The notes under the pieces are model-generated. The model was not told the origin of the DNA and searched no databases. It worked only from the letters and a program-made list of their open reading frames with translations. Source: Paramecium tetraurelia (lineage: Eukaryota). Taken from it: a DNA stretch of 64,000 nt. The stretch spans positions 372,001-436,000 of the forward strand of contig CT868185.1 in assembly GCA_000165425.1 (NCBI GenBank), given 5' to 3'. Shown piece after piece: positions 1 through 13,360 of this stretch. The position numbers were made by a program, and so were the translations under genes. Within the stretch, counting starts at the first letter, position 1; each line of letters begins with the position of its first letter.

Positions 1-255
1 TCTAGAGAAAACAAGAAATCTAAACTATCACTATTTTTCATACCCTCTTCTGACACTGGCAGAATCAAATGTGCCCAAGAATCTATATTATGGCCATGAC
101 ATATGACCTCTATGTGTACCCACTTCTGTCACTTGCTCTTCATATCCCTTGATACCCCAAAAGGCACCAATATCATCTCTGTACAACCAGGCATGAACAG
201 TCTTGTCCTATTAGGTCATCAACATTCCAACTCCTAAACAGAAAAGAGCCTTCAT
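1..255 (-). CDS. CYC1: Mitochondrial cytochrome c1, 5' part (runs off window start)
   Basis: ATG at 255 gives MKALFCLGVG...HMSWPQYRFLGTFDSASVRRG|FLVFSR across a ~24 nt intron. This matches the cyt c1 'D..SVRRG..V' motif that precedes CxxCH; the heme motif itself is outside the window. Confidence 0.8.
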
Positions 256-954
256 TTTTAAAATATTTAATATCTGAATAAATATATTTAACAATATTTA
301 TTGCAAATTTATGAAAACAAATACTTCCATCATTTTATGAATATTCAGATCTTATGAGTCACTTTTGATGGCATTAAACTAATTCAGCTAACTTAATGAA
401 TTTTATTACATACATCTTCCAATGTATTGCAATCTATTAATATTTGGTTTTCATGAATTATTGAAAAATCAGACTTTTAATTTTCAAATCTCTATATTCT
501 ATCCTTTAGGGAAACTTTAAGGGATTAGTTATATAAATTCTTGTATACATCCTTAATTTCTAAACAAAAATTTATCTATTCTTTATAACATCACAGATCC
601 CTAAAATTCGATGAGTAATCCTAAATTATTTCAAAAAGAGTAAATAAAATTCTAATATCTATTTAATTTATCACCTATTTCCATAGTAGACAAATCTTAT
701 AAAATACTTCCAATTTTAGATTAGATTAAATTTATAAATTAAAATACGAGAAAATACTTAATTTTAATTTGATAATATATATTAAATCCAAGAATTGAGA
801 ATTTCATGATAAAATATCATTTGAGTTTTTTCTCATATTTCCAATAAGGATACTAATATATTATGAATACTTAAATCCTTCAAAATCGTCTTGCTTTACT
901 CTTCTTTCAACATAATAAATGCTTATAATATAATTTTAATCAATTATATTATTT

Positions 955-1885
955 ATGTTTTCTAGAATATTTAAGCAAAGTTACTTGACTAAGATTGCTT
1001 TATTTTCAACAGCCTCTTTTATTTATTGGGGTAGCAGAAAGAATTAAAGCGAAGAAGTCTTTTAGATATTACACAAATAGACATAGAATTCTATTGTAAA
1101 ATTTTTTCTGAATGGCAGAATTATAGGATAAGGAGCAGTTTTGAAAAATGGATATGTAGTTACTAGCTCTGAAGTGTTTGAGAATTAGCAATTACATATT
1201 ACAGCATAGATAAATGGCTAACTTTATAATTATGAAGTTTTAAAGGTGGAAGAAGGAATAGCCATCCTAAAAATATAAGAATAGAAACCTTAGTTTAATC
1301 TCTCGAAATATGAAATAGGATAAAATGTTTATGTTTTAGGAACTGACGAACAAGGCCTAAAAGAGTTTTTACAATGCCCTATTACAGATAGCAATTTCAC
1401 ATTAGACATCCGTTTAGTTGGTGAGGAAGCCTTGAATTAAACCTTTCCTTTTATTTTGATGAATGGATGTTCTTCTAGTCCAGGAAGTATGAGATGATTT
1501 TAATTAATGTGTAGGTCCTGTTTTAAATAAAAAAGGAGAATTGTTAGGGATAATAAATGGATAGTTTAGAAATAAGACCTAGGTGGTGCCATCCACATAT
1601 TTTTAGGGACTAGAAAATGGAAGGAATATTGTTAAGCCTTATTTGGGATTAACTTTAAAAACCTCAGATCAGGGAGGTGCTTTTATCATCAAAATCAATT
1701 CTGACAGTCCCGCAGAGAAGGCAGGCTTGAAATTAGGAGAAATAATTAAGTCTATTGATGGAGTTACCATTTAACATGGGAAAGATGTGACAAAGTTGTT
1801 GGGAGTAACTGAAAATGCAGATAGTCATGTGATGGTGGTGTTGAGAAATGGAAAAGAGAGAATTGTAAATGTTAATCTAAAATGA
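955..1885 (+). CDS. HtrA/DegP-like trypsin-fold plus PDZ protein, probably catalytically inactive
   Basis: Motifs GYVVTSSEV, GIAILKI and SPGSPVLNKKGELLGI, then PDZ KPYLGL...INSDSPAEKAGLKLGEIIKSIDG...VLRNGKE. One intron at ~1487-1514. Confidence 0.8.
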
Positions 1886-1981
1886 GAAAAATTTTGAGAG
1901 TATTTTATACTTTATTTAATATTAATATACAAGTAACAGTATATAATTTGTATTTGAATTTATTATTTAAAATAGAGCATC

Positions 1982-3365
1982 ATGTTTAATAATAAATCAA
2001 AAAAGCCTTCTTTGTTGTATGTTGAATGTAAATCAAGAGATATATCAAGAAGAAATTCGAGGATTAGTGATTTGCTTAATGATACTATGAACAAGGAAAA
2101 TTCAAATTATTAATCCACCTATATTCCAAACACTGCAAAAAAGATTGATAGAACTGTAGGAAGTTTGAACAAGATGTATAAACAAGCAATTTAAGATCAA
2201 TAAAATTTGTAGGAATAAGCTTCTATGTTGATGGAAGACTTGAATGGGAAGTTATTGTAAAGAGCAGAATTGATTGGTCAAGTCGAAGAAATGGAGGAAT
2301 TAATAGAATTTCATAAATTACATAGTAATTTTGAGTTTACATTCGCAACTAAAATAGAATAGTTAGATCTACAAATCTAATAGTTAAAAAAATCAAGTTC
2401 ATTTAAATTGTCAGGCAACACAGCAGATTTGATACGAGATAGAGAATAATAACATAGAGCATTAAAGGAGAAAATTCATTAAGAAACCATAATTGCTATG
2501 ACAACTTATTTGTAACAGTGGGGTAAAGTATTATATTCTAAATATAAGGTCATTAATTCGAGGCTATCAAGAATTAGTATGGAAATGAAGTTTATCACCA
2601 GGTTCTTAAAGAGCAAGAACTGCAAATCAATCAATTAATATCACAACAATATAATAAAAAAATTTAAGGTATTATCTTAATACTCAGAAATCAAGAGAAA
2701 TTGGAAAAGGCTATTCAGCAAAATATTGAATATGTCGACAATTCATTAAATGAAGACATTTATTCAATTAAATAAACAATGATCCAAAAGAAACAGTTAG
2801 TCCAAAATATTAAAAATAACCTTTTAGAAGAAGATTAATCTAAATTTTAATTGTAAAAAAGAGTGGAAGTTCTTGAACAAGAGAATTTATAATTAGAATA
2901 ATAATTAAATGAAATTACAATGAAAAAAGATCTTTACTAATAAGAAATCTTGAATAAGCAGAAAACAGAAGAAATATATAATGAAATACTAACAGGATTT
3001 GATTGCTTATCTTAAATTGATAATGATGATCAAAAAAGTGATACTAGTAATTCTTAAATTAAAAGTTGTACAAATATTTTAAGCAATATCAATAAATAAA
3101 CCAAGAAGGTGCTAAGTAATCATTTAAATAAGGATGATTCATTGCATTTTAGTCAACTTCAACAATATTTATAAATAAATAGTATTGATGGAGAGACAAA
3201 CTCAAAATGTTCATCAGCGTGTTAACTATCTGCAGATGATTCATTGTTATAACATTTTAATGAATTAAATTTAACATTACTTCAGTCAGAAAAAACAAAA
3301 AATAATTAATGCAATATGCCTTTGTAGTAGTAGTAGTAGTAATAGTAGTAATAGTAGTAATAGTA

Positions 3366-3431
<66 letters not shown>

Positions 3432-4562
3432 TTAATACAATTATTACAATTAAAAGAATCCCTCCATAGAAAACTAAACTTAATAAATTGATTTTATTAG
3501 ATTATAAACAATCACTGAAGAATAATTAAGCTCAAAAAGAGAAAAATCAAGAATGGAATAATCTACAAAAATTAATACAACTCCTATTCATTAAAATGGT
3601 TAAAATTACTTAAATTTACATAAAGTTTAAATTGTTGATAATTCATCATAAAGCACAGGTGCTCCATTATCTGATTAGACAAAACGTTTTACAAATAGGT
3701 TAGGCTCTTCCTAATTATAAGTGTCTAACTATAATGAAGTCACTTAGAAATAAATTTCAATACCATCTCCATACATGCCATTATTTTTTCACAATCAAGC
3801 ATCAAATCCATCGACTTAAAAGAGTTAGAAACCTTAAGTTTTTAAATTTAAGGAATAAAATTCATTATCTGAATAAATACAAAAGCATAAAAAGTCAAAA
3901 TCATTTGATTCAACTTCAAATAAAGAAATCTAATAAAAATAATTATTTTGTAATGTTTCAGCAAACAATGGACAAACCTATTATAATTCAAAGGACTCCT
4001 AATATCTCTCAAACAAATCTAATAATTTGGTTCCGATAGAGTACGAAATACTCAAAATAACTAAGCCTTTACAAAAGGGCGTAATGATCTTCAAGAGGTT
4101 TAATTCTACTAAACCTAACTTAACTAAAATGGAATTCGATCCATTTACTTGTTAAAATCCAAGCATTTGCGGATATTGTCCTAGAATTATGACCTTGTCG
4201 TAGAATTTGGATAAGATTGAATTCAAAAACTAGATGAGAGTTAATGTAAGAAATTTAATATTATGTAGCAAGTTGATTCAATTTTATAATTGGATTAAAT
4301 AATGAGAGTAATTATTCCAAAGACTATTCTACAGAGTATTCAAATAAAGAAATAGATATAGAATAAATTTATTTTAAGTCAAGAAGAGAGGATTGTTAGT
4401 GGAATAGTATATTGGCCTATGTCAATCATTACTTAAAATGACGGTAGGATCGAATTATTGTTTGACAATGAGGAAATATTGGAACAATGGTAAACAAGTC
4501 TTATTTTTCTCAAAGATAACATTAAAACACTTTAAATCATCAATAAAAAATTAAAAAAATGA
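1982..4562 (+). CDS. Coiled-coil, poly-Q protein with C-terminal PH-like domain
   Basis: Long open frame in the ciliate code with short introns. C-terminus LQKGVMIFKRF...GRIELLFDNEEILEQWQTSL resembles a PH fold. Confidence 0.65.
3325..3429 (+). repeat. (TAG/TAA)n tract encoding about 35 Gln
   Basis: In frame with the surrounding CDS; supports TAR=Gln. Confidence 0.9.
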
Positions 4563-4635
4563 ATGTGATTTGTTTAATTAATTTTTAATACTCATATTTT
4601 TTATTCATAATTAAATATATCCTAAATTAATACAG

Positions 4636-5071
4636 ATGCCAATTTATAACGAAGTTTGGGAAGAGGAAGGTAATTCATACATCTTATTAAACAGATTTCA
4701 TGTTCAGAAATATGATTAACCTTTAAACATTAACCAAAAATCATGTTAAATTGTTGGATAATCTAAAATTTGAGTTTGTCGAATATAAAGTATTCATATC
4801 AAATTATCAGTTAGGCAAATCAATTACTTGCTTGTCACCTCTATGATAGAATGGCATCACATTGCAAAAATCAATTTGGTCTATTTGAAGACTCCTTTGT
4901 GCCTGAATGTTTGGATGCAAGAAATTATTTCTAATTGTGCGTCAGAATGAATGCCTCATATGGGTTAGCTAAAAAATATTTCCCAGAGTAGCTTTTTTTA
5001 TTCATATTAGATATTTCTTAACCAACGAATACTCAAGACCAAATCCAAATTTCAAAGAATTAGGACTTTGA
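4636..5071 (+). CDS. Small twin-CX9C protein (mitochondrial intermembrane-space type)
   Basis: Three short introns. CHLYDRMASHC and CLDARNYFQLC are both CX9C motifs. Confidence 0.7.
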
Positions 5072-5356
5072 AAACATTATTCATAAACAATACATTAATA
5101 ACACAAAACATTTTTAAAGCAAGAATTCTTTATTATATATTCCACTCTATAATTTATTCTTAATATTCTTAATAACATATTTTTAATGAGAAATAGTAAA
5201 GTTTAAGATCAATAATATAAAATATGATAACTCGCAGAAATATTAAATTGGGCAGCACTTTCCCATTTTGTGTTAGTTTTATGTTTTAAATAAATATATT
5301 AAACAGTATTACAAATTTAAAAATTTTAACATTTAGTTTTATTTGAATTCGAAATA

Positions 5357-7171
5357 ATGTCAGAATCATTTAAAGTAGTCAATTATGAAAGAGAATCTAA
5401 ATAATCGTTTTAAGAGTTTTTATAAATGCATCTAAATGAACCATAAGATTCACAATTAAGATCGCCGACCTAAGAAAATAATTATAATTCGACAAAGCAA
5501 ATAGGAATAAGAAAAACTATTAAAAGGGAGGAATCTGAACCCAGTTTTAGAATCACAGAATAACCCATCGAAAATAATGAAAAAAACCTTACTTCTATGC
5601 AATCTAAAATTTAATTACTCATCACTGAAAATTCAAAGTTAATTGAAATAAACTCTGGCTTAATGAGAGAAATAGAGATTATGAAACAAAATAATTCATC
5701 AAATCGAACTCTCTTAGTGCAAGAATCCCAATAAAAATTAATGAATTATTAATAAAAAGTAGTTCAACTTACTTAAGCAAATGAATAATTGAGTAGTAGA
5801 TTGATTGATGAGTAAACTAAAAATAAAAAGGAAATAGAATAGAGATTCTAATAAATATTATTAGAAAACAAAAATCTCAATGAAATGCTATAAACACGAT
5901 TAAATGACATAGACATATTGAACAATTAATTGTTAGAAAAAAATGATTAAATCGCCTTAATGAATGAAGAAATTAAAGTTGTCAATGAGTAATTAAATAT
6001 TAATATCATAGAAAATGTATGGTCTTGGAATAATAAAAATAAGTCTTAATAGCCTAGTAGTAATAGTATGTCGATACAATAAAAGAATTCTAAGCAAAGG
6101 AACAATAATTTATGCAATAACTTTATTAGGAACAAACCTCTTATCAATCCTGCATAGCCAATTTAGAATAAAATTATAATCTACAAATAAGTGAATTAAG
6201 AAACTCATTTTTGGTAATGTTATTATTTATTTTAGAAAGAAATTGAGTAATAATAAGAAACAATTGCGCAATAATACTAAAACTATTTTAATTAACAGAT
6301 TATTACATTCTAATAGCAAATAAAAGCATTATAATTGGAGAACACATAAATTAAGGATGAATTAACAGAAAGATCTAAAATTTGGTCTCAAGAAAAGGAG
6401 AGACTCGAAAATTTCATTAAAAACATTCAATAATCCTAATTAAAAAAATAAAATTCTTAAGAATCTATTCAACCACTAGCAAATATTACTTAAGCCCAAC
6501 AAAATATAAATCAAAATTAGAAACTTTCACAGCAAATTAATTAACCAAATCAAAACTTAGATCAACAGCAGATCATCTAACCATAAAATTAATAGTAACT
6601 TAACCAAATTTAAAATCAATAATAATTTACTTAAGAATAGTTAATTTAACAAAAACAAGAATTATAAAAATAATAATATTATTAAGAAATATTATAAATT
6701 TAGTCATAATCATCCTTATTACAATAATAGTAATAATAGTAGAAAATATTACAATAATAATAAAACTAAAATCATCATTAATCAAGTAACTATACTTTTA
6801 GATAAAATACTTAAGAAGATTCAAGGGAAGTAAGTCCAGAAAAAGATGACTTATTTCAAAATTTTGATTAAAAGGCTAGATTGCATACTGAAAGTTATGG
6901 ATATGAAAAAACAATACCACAAAGAGCTCCTTTACAAGTTAAAAATTATCGAGTTCCCTAGTTACACACAATTACAAGGTATGATCAAAAGCAATACAAT
7001 TTTGGAGTCAATTAGCCATAGTACTATTAAAATTCTCAATAACGATTTATGATTAATAGGGATCCTCAATATTAGAGATCTCATTCTCAATATTAAGAAA
7101 GAGATGATAAACCTAAGAGTTAGCAATATCAAAATTAAAATGAAGGGTATCTAGTTCCAAAAAGATATTGA
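5357..7171 (+). CDS. Hypothetical coiled-coil, Gln-rich protein
   Basis: ATG 5357 MSESFKVVNYERE...; heptad-rich and Q-rich with short introns; TGA at 7169-7171. Confidence 0.6.
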
Positions 7172-7239
7172 ATGAATTAATTTATATGATATGAAATGAA
7201 ATCGAATTTATAACACAAACTTTGAAACAAATGAACAAA

Positions 7240-8448
7240 TCATTATTTTCTTTTTTTTTATTTTTCAGTAATAGTTAATTTAACTTTGACAATTGGATTA
7301 TCAGATTCAGAAAAGTGTTCCTGATTTGGATCTTCTGCTTTGTTAGTTTTCTTTTTAATAACTTTTGATTTTTTATTAATAGAATCCTTTTAGTCAATTT
7401 TGATTTCTTGAACTTATAAGTTTTGGTTTAGGCTCTCTTTTTTTGGGTTTTCCTATTTTTATAACTATTCAATTGCATCTTCTTGTGGTTGTACTTTATT
7501 TAAACAATTTTCACATTTACAAAGATCTGTGCATCTTTGATTAATACTATAGCATTCACAATATTTCTTTTTGCATTCTGATTTCTTACAATTGCATCCT
7601 TTTCTTGTTGTAATATCTTTTTAGGATTCCTTTTATGATTTTTCCTCTAAAAATTGAATGAAAGTTACCTTAAATTATTTGTGGCTGTTATCCATTGTTA
7701 GTTAAAATTGCTGCAAATGCATCTGGATTTCTCAGTAGAGCTTCCTCAATAGCCTTTGATCTTTCATTAGGGTTATCAATCCTATTTTTGCATTCACAGC
7801 AATTACAATTTTATGAGCATACCTATATAGTTTGAAATCATACCCAATTATTGGCAAAGCATTCACAATATAATTTGAGACATTTGCTTTTTTTACAATT
7901 GCAAGCAAAAGGTGATACTTTTTAGTATTGCACCAATTGGCTGACTTTGGATTGTAGTTCTTTAGATAATGTATTTTAATAATGCTACCCATCATATTAA
8001 GGATAATATATAGGTGGTCTGTACCAGTAAGGAATAGGATGTGGATATTAATGCATAAAAATTTGGGATGGATGGGGAGGATATTTCATCGGGTAAGGTT
8101 AATAGTAAGGTGGGTAATATGGATAGTTTTATTTGGGGTCTTCTTCATTCCCATCTTCATGAGCAGAATATTTTCGAAAGGGATTTTTCTTACCTTATTT
8201 GTCTTAGCCATCATCATAACCTTGATATAAGGGAACTATGAACTTTTTTCTAAATTTAAAGGAGGCAGGTGTGAAAGAGGAGCGTTAAAGAATTACGAGG
8301 GAGTAAAATGAGGAGAAGGATTATTTGCATAATTTGGCCATTCTTAATCAAAATGGTGTAATTTTTTATCAGGACATGGTTTGAGGTTTTCATTTGAATT
8401 TTCACTAGCAAAATCTATAAAATAATCATTACTTTTAATCATCTGCAT
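7240..8448 (-). CDS. Tesmin/TSO1-like (LIN54-type) CXC-domain protein
   Basis: Two CXC domains: [18 protein letters not shown] and [32 protein letters not shown]. Start codon uncertain. Confidence 0.85.
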
Positions 8449-8916
8449 TATTATTCATAACTTAATTAATATTATTTATAAATATAAAAATTTAACTTAC
8501 CTTTAGAATCTATTAAATAATTAAAGAGAAAAAAATTTAAATGGCCAAAATCTTAGGGATGATGTAAAATCCATTTGGAGCTATAATATGTAATTACAGA
8601 AATTGACTTTAATGAGTGAAATTGAGAAGGAAGATACAATAATCAAAGTAATTAAAGTTACTGCAAATTTTGCGTTAACCAAATTTTATTGTTTTGATTT
8701 TGAATAAAAATAATTTTAATGATAATCTTTTGCAAAGTATTTCAAAATTTTACGAGAATTTAAAATAAGATCAAGCAGTGCCAGCAACACTTTTTGTAAT
8801 AATTTTGGTTACTTTTAATTAATTTAAATAGAAATAAATTATATTATATTTTTACACGAATTTAATGCTCTGAAATTAATGTGTACAATTATAAAATAAA
8901 TTAAGGTTAATTTTTT

Positions 8917-9769
8917 ATGATTATTGATTAAGGAGTAATTGAAGCTGTGAAACAAAAATTCAAGCCTGAAGATTTATCAAAAGCAATTGCCTTAATTCAT
9001 TATGTTAAGAAATGGTCTAATTTGGAACAATAATACGAAGAAAATGTCAATAAAGTGACAACAAATCACTTAGAAAAGTTGTCTTCCAGAATTATCAGAA
9101 GTAAATGCTTTGGCTAATGGAACAAGACAACCTAGTGAGGAAGAGATGAAGGATTCAACTATTAAGGAAGCTGAACCAATCTCTGATTATTGGTCAAAAG
9201 TACTACAACATGCAGGTATTACAGGATCAAGAATCACATAAAAAGATGCTGATGTATTGGCACACTTGAAAAGTATTACTGCTAGTTTTGGCGATAATGA
9301 CAGAGATTTTAAATTAAGATTTGAGTTCAATCCAAACTAATACTTTGATAATAAGGTATTAGAGAAAGAATTTATTTACAATAATGAAGAAAGCGATTTA
9401 CCATATAAATGCAATGGAACATAGATAAATTGGAAGGAAGGAAAGAATGTTACAAAGACAATCAAAAAGAAGAAGTAAAGAAACAAGAAAACTAACTAAA
9501 CCAGAATTATTGAGACAGAAGTGAAATTAAAATCCTTCTTTAAATTTTTTGATGACATAGCTCCTGCATAAACAGATGAAGAAGAATTACAAAAAGAAGA
9601 GAAAATTACAGCTGATCTTGAAGTCGGAGAAGCAATAATCGAAGAAATTATTCCACAGTCTTTGACATATTATTTAGATTTGAAGGATGACGAGGATGAA
9701 GATGACATGGATGAAGAAGATGATTAGGATGATGATGATGAGGATGATGATGATGATGACGATGATTGA
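8917..9769 (+). CDS. Nucleosome assembly protein (NAP1/SET family), with an apparent +1 frameshift near 9079
   Basis: PISDYWSKVL, FKLRFEFNPNQYFDNKVLEKEF, INWKEGKNVT, KSFFQFF and an acidic D/E tail. Confidence 0.85.
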
Positions 9770-9979
9770 TGTATTGTATAAAATTTAATGATAATTTTAT
9801 TATTTATAATCATAATTCTTCATCCAATTCGATGTTCAGATGAATAGGTATTATTAATTAGATTCTCAAACAATTTTGACTAAAAATACATCACTTGACA
9901 TCTAATACATGTTTTGAATGTAAGTTATATGGACCCCCAGTACTATTTTAAAATTAAATTAATATATATATTAAAGGAT

Positions 9980-12251
9980 ATGTAAAATTCTCCCAAAGAA
10001 AATCCTCTTATTGGTAACTATAATGATTTAATCAATTATTTAGATACAGGAAGCATTGTTTAGGAAATTTATAGGGAGGAATATATTCCAGTTTAATAGA
10101 TTTAAAGAAGAGAGGAGGATGCAGTATTTATTGATGAAAACCCTTAAAATGTTTTGGAGAAACTCATGAAGCTCAAGGATTGCCATTACAAAGAGAGGTA
10201 AAATAAATGGTAAAGATAGACTGGCTTTTACCAAAAGATTAGGCGAACTATTGGCATGGATAGGAGATTCTTCAATTGAGAATTTAAATACAATCATTCA
10301 GTAGATAGTATATATCTGATTTTAATGGGTAGTTAGAAGATGCTGATGAAATTAAGAAAAATTTTATAGCCCAATTAGAGTAAATCTGTGTACTTTTGAA
10401 AACTAAATAAAATAGTTAAGAGCTCATCAAACAACATGTTGTGAAGGCTCTGCAGGAATTATTAAAATCTAATAATTTTGATGTAATGAATTGATTCAAA
10501 ATAAGATCAAAGAATAAGCCGGAAACTCTATAAGTATAGTAGCAAAAGAATTGAATGAAAGAGACCGAGGAAATCTCATCCTAACCTAAGTGATTCAGAT
10601 GGCTCATGATGACAATAATGACGAGAATGTGATGATTGCCGTTAAAGTTAATTTCATAAATTATTTTGTAGCTATTTGGTTAACTGGCTGGGGATTTTGG
10701 ACCAGAATTATCGGAATCCTTCATAGCATTGGAAATCTTATCCAAAGGAGATGATGCCAAGTAACCAATACGCAAAGAGGCCGTTCTTCAATTAGCCAAC
10801 ATTGCTAAAGTTCTCTCTAAGGATTTTATCAAGCATAGACTCATCCCATTTTTTTCAAAGTAAATTTAATATTGAAGAAAAAGAAAAACCGAGGAGAGAA
10901 CATGGTAAACAAGAAAGGCCTGTCTTGATATCATAGTTAAATTAGCTGAATAGACAGACACAGAAAATTTTGATTTGATCACTGGAAGATTACTTGCTTT
11001 ATTAGAGTAAAATTCAATTAAATAAAAAGTGATCAAAACAAATGGGTCAAATAACATGCATATAAATAATTAGGCAAATACATATCAATTATCACAAGAT
11101 AAGAAAATATAAATGATAAGCTATTAGAATTCTATATGAAAATGAACGATTCTGATATTAGAGAACTGGGAATTGATAACGAGGTAAACTCATTTATAAA
11201 ATTAAAGATTGTTATTGAATGCGCATTATATTTCCCAGCCGTTCTCTAAGTCTACACTGACAAAAAGTGGCCTCAACTTAGCAAATTATTTATGAAATTG
11301 ATTAATCACAAGGATAAGGTATAAATATATAATATTGCTTTGAGAGTCAAAAAGCCTTTGGCTTGTAGTATTCATGTTTTAGCAAAATTGTTGGGACCCT
11401 AGCTGGCTTACTCAGAATTGCTTAAAGTCTTAGAGTAATTGCTTTAGGATCCAAATGATGAAATCAAGCATGGTGCAGTCGAGAACCTAGGCTTATTTTT
11501 TGATGCTATCGAAGAATCTAAAAGAGCATCTCTTATTGATATCTTATTGATTATTTAGAAGGACTAAAAGAAATGGAGAATTAGAGAACTAATCGCAAAA
11601 TAAATTTCTCACCTTGCTTAAGTCTTTGATGTAGAAACTGTATTTTCTATTATACTACCAGTTTCAACTAAATTGTGCAATGATAATGTGTTTGCTGTTA
11701 GAAAAGCTGTAAATATTTTTCATTAGAATTTTAGGCTGCAAAACAAATCTTTGAACTCTATGATAAATTTTAGAAAAGTAAAAATGAATTGTATTTCAAT
11801 GTTTTGAAGTAAAACATTTTAGGCTTTGCAAACAGTGATATGTTCAATTAAAGATAAAGGTATTTGATTTTCTGATTATTAGTTTTGTCATTATGTGTGA
11901 AAAACTAATGAAATTTGAACAATTTCAAGTTGATTTTCTTGAAGCTTTCATTCATTTGGGTTAGGATCCTATCAAAAATGTTAGAATTACAGTTGCCAAA
12001 GTACTTCAAAAACATTTATTTAAACCAAAATAAGAAGCAAATGAAGGATTGTTTAGGGACTAAACTTCAATTTAAACGCTTTGGAATTTGTTAATTAAAG
12101 ATAAAGTAGTTCTGAACTCTTTAGATAATAAGAAATATCCAAATACAATGTAAAAATTGTTTTTATTTAGTTTGCAAAAGTCTCAATAAGTCTAATTGAC
12201 ATAAAGCTAAATTAAAGTTCAACAACCTGAATAATAGTAATAAGAATAATA

Positions 12252-12306
<55 letters not shown>

Positions 12307-12807
12307 GAATAATAATAGTAATAATAATAACAAGAAATAGAATAATAATAATAATAATAATAAGAAATAGAATAATAATAAGTAATATAATAATAAGAAT
12401 AATAATAATAATAATAATACTAAGAATAGGAATAGGAATAAATTTTATCTAATTAGGAATAATAAAGTTTAAATACTTCAGTTCCTGAAGAAAATCAAAA
12501 TAAAGAAATAATGATTTTAGAAGAATAATTTGAAAAGAGCAATCATATTGATCAAAACAATACCAATGTTGAAATTAATTAAGAAGAACAAATTACACAA
12601 ACTATTGATAATAACGAAATTGATATTAAGTAACATACTTAAGAAGAAACTTAAGAAGCTCAAATTCAAATGGAGTCAGAGATTAATGAGAAATAATAAG
12701 AAGATTAAACTTAAGAATTATAATAATAATAAAATGAAGAAAAGGAAATTTAAGAGGATTTCTAAAATATTCAAAAGAATGATGAAAAAGAAATAGAGTA
12801 AGAATGA
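9980..12807 (+). CDS. HEAT-repeat protein phosphatase 4 regulatory subunit 1-like, with Q/E-rich tail
   Basis: CALYFPAVL...KWPQL...VKKPLACSIHVLAKLLG...KWRIRELIAKQ...KLCNDNVFAVRKA parallels the PPP4R1 C-terminal HEAT repeats. Many short introns. Confidence 0.75.
12230..12440 (+). repeat. (TAA/TAG/GAA)n low-complexity poly-Q/E coding tract
   Basis: Trinucleotide run in frame inside the PP4R1-like CDS. Confidence 0.85.
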
Positions 12808-13360
12808 TTATTTTAGTATGAATTAGAAATAATTCCAAATCATTTTAATTTATTTGTGATATTTAAAGTATTTTAAATTTGATCATTTTATAATGGCTCT
12901 TCTCTTTATGTAAAAACTGTATTATTTATAAATGTTAATAACTGAATAGTAAAATTATAATAATATAAATACTTTTTTCGAAATTAGAATTCGAATATAT
13001 TATAAATAATATTTCTAACATGTAAATTAAATTAATCATTTACCTAAATCGTTTATTTTATGCTAAAGACCCGAAACATAAATTTCAATTTATTACATTA
13101 AATATACTTTAATATAACCTTATCATAACTAATTGTTATTATTTAATTCAACAATCCTCCTATAGAATATAGACCATACGATAGCGGATTTGAATAATTA
13201 AGAATTTGACTAGAATTGATAATTTGTAGTTTAATTATTTATAATAATTCTATATATATTATATTTATAATATAGCAATTATAAGAAATTAATATTTCTT
13301 TTATAATTTTTTATATAAAAATTAGAAATAAGGTATGAGAACAGATAATAAAAGAAAATA

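Noticed and set aside
3325..3429. TAG/TAA arrays (also 12230-12440) as stop-codon runs, satellites or CRISPR-like repeats
   Set aside because: They are in-frame poly-Gln tracts with no repeat-spacer structure.
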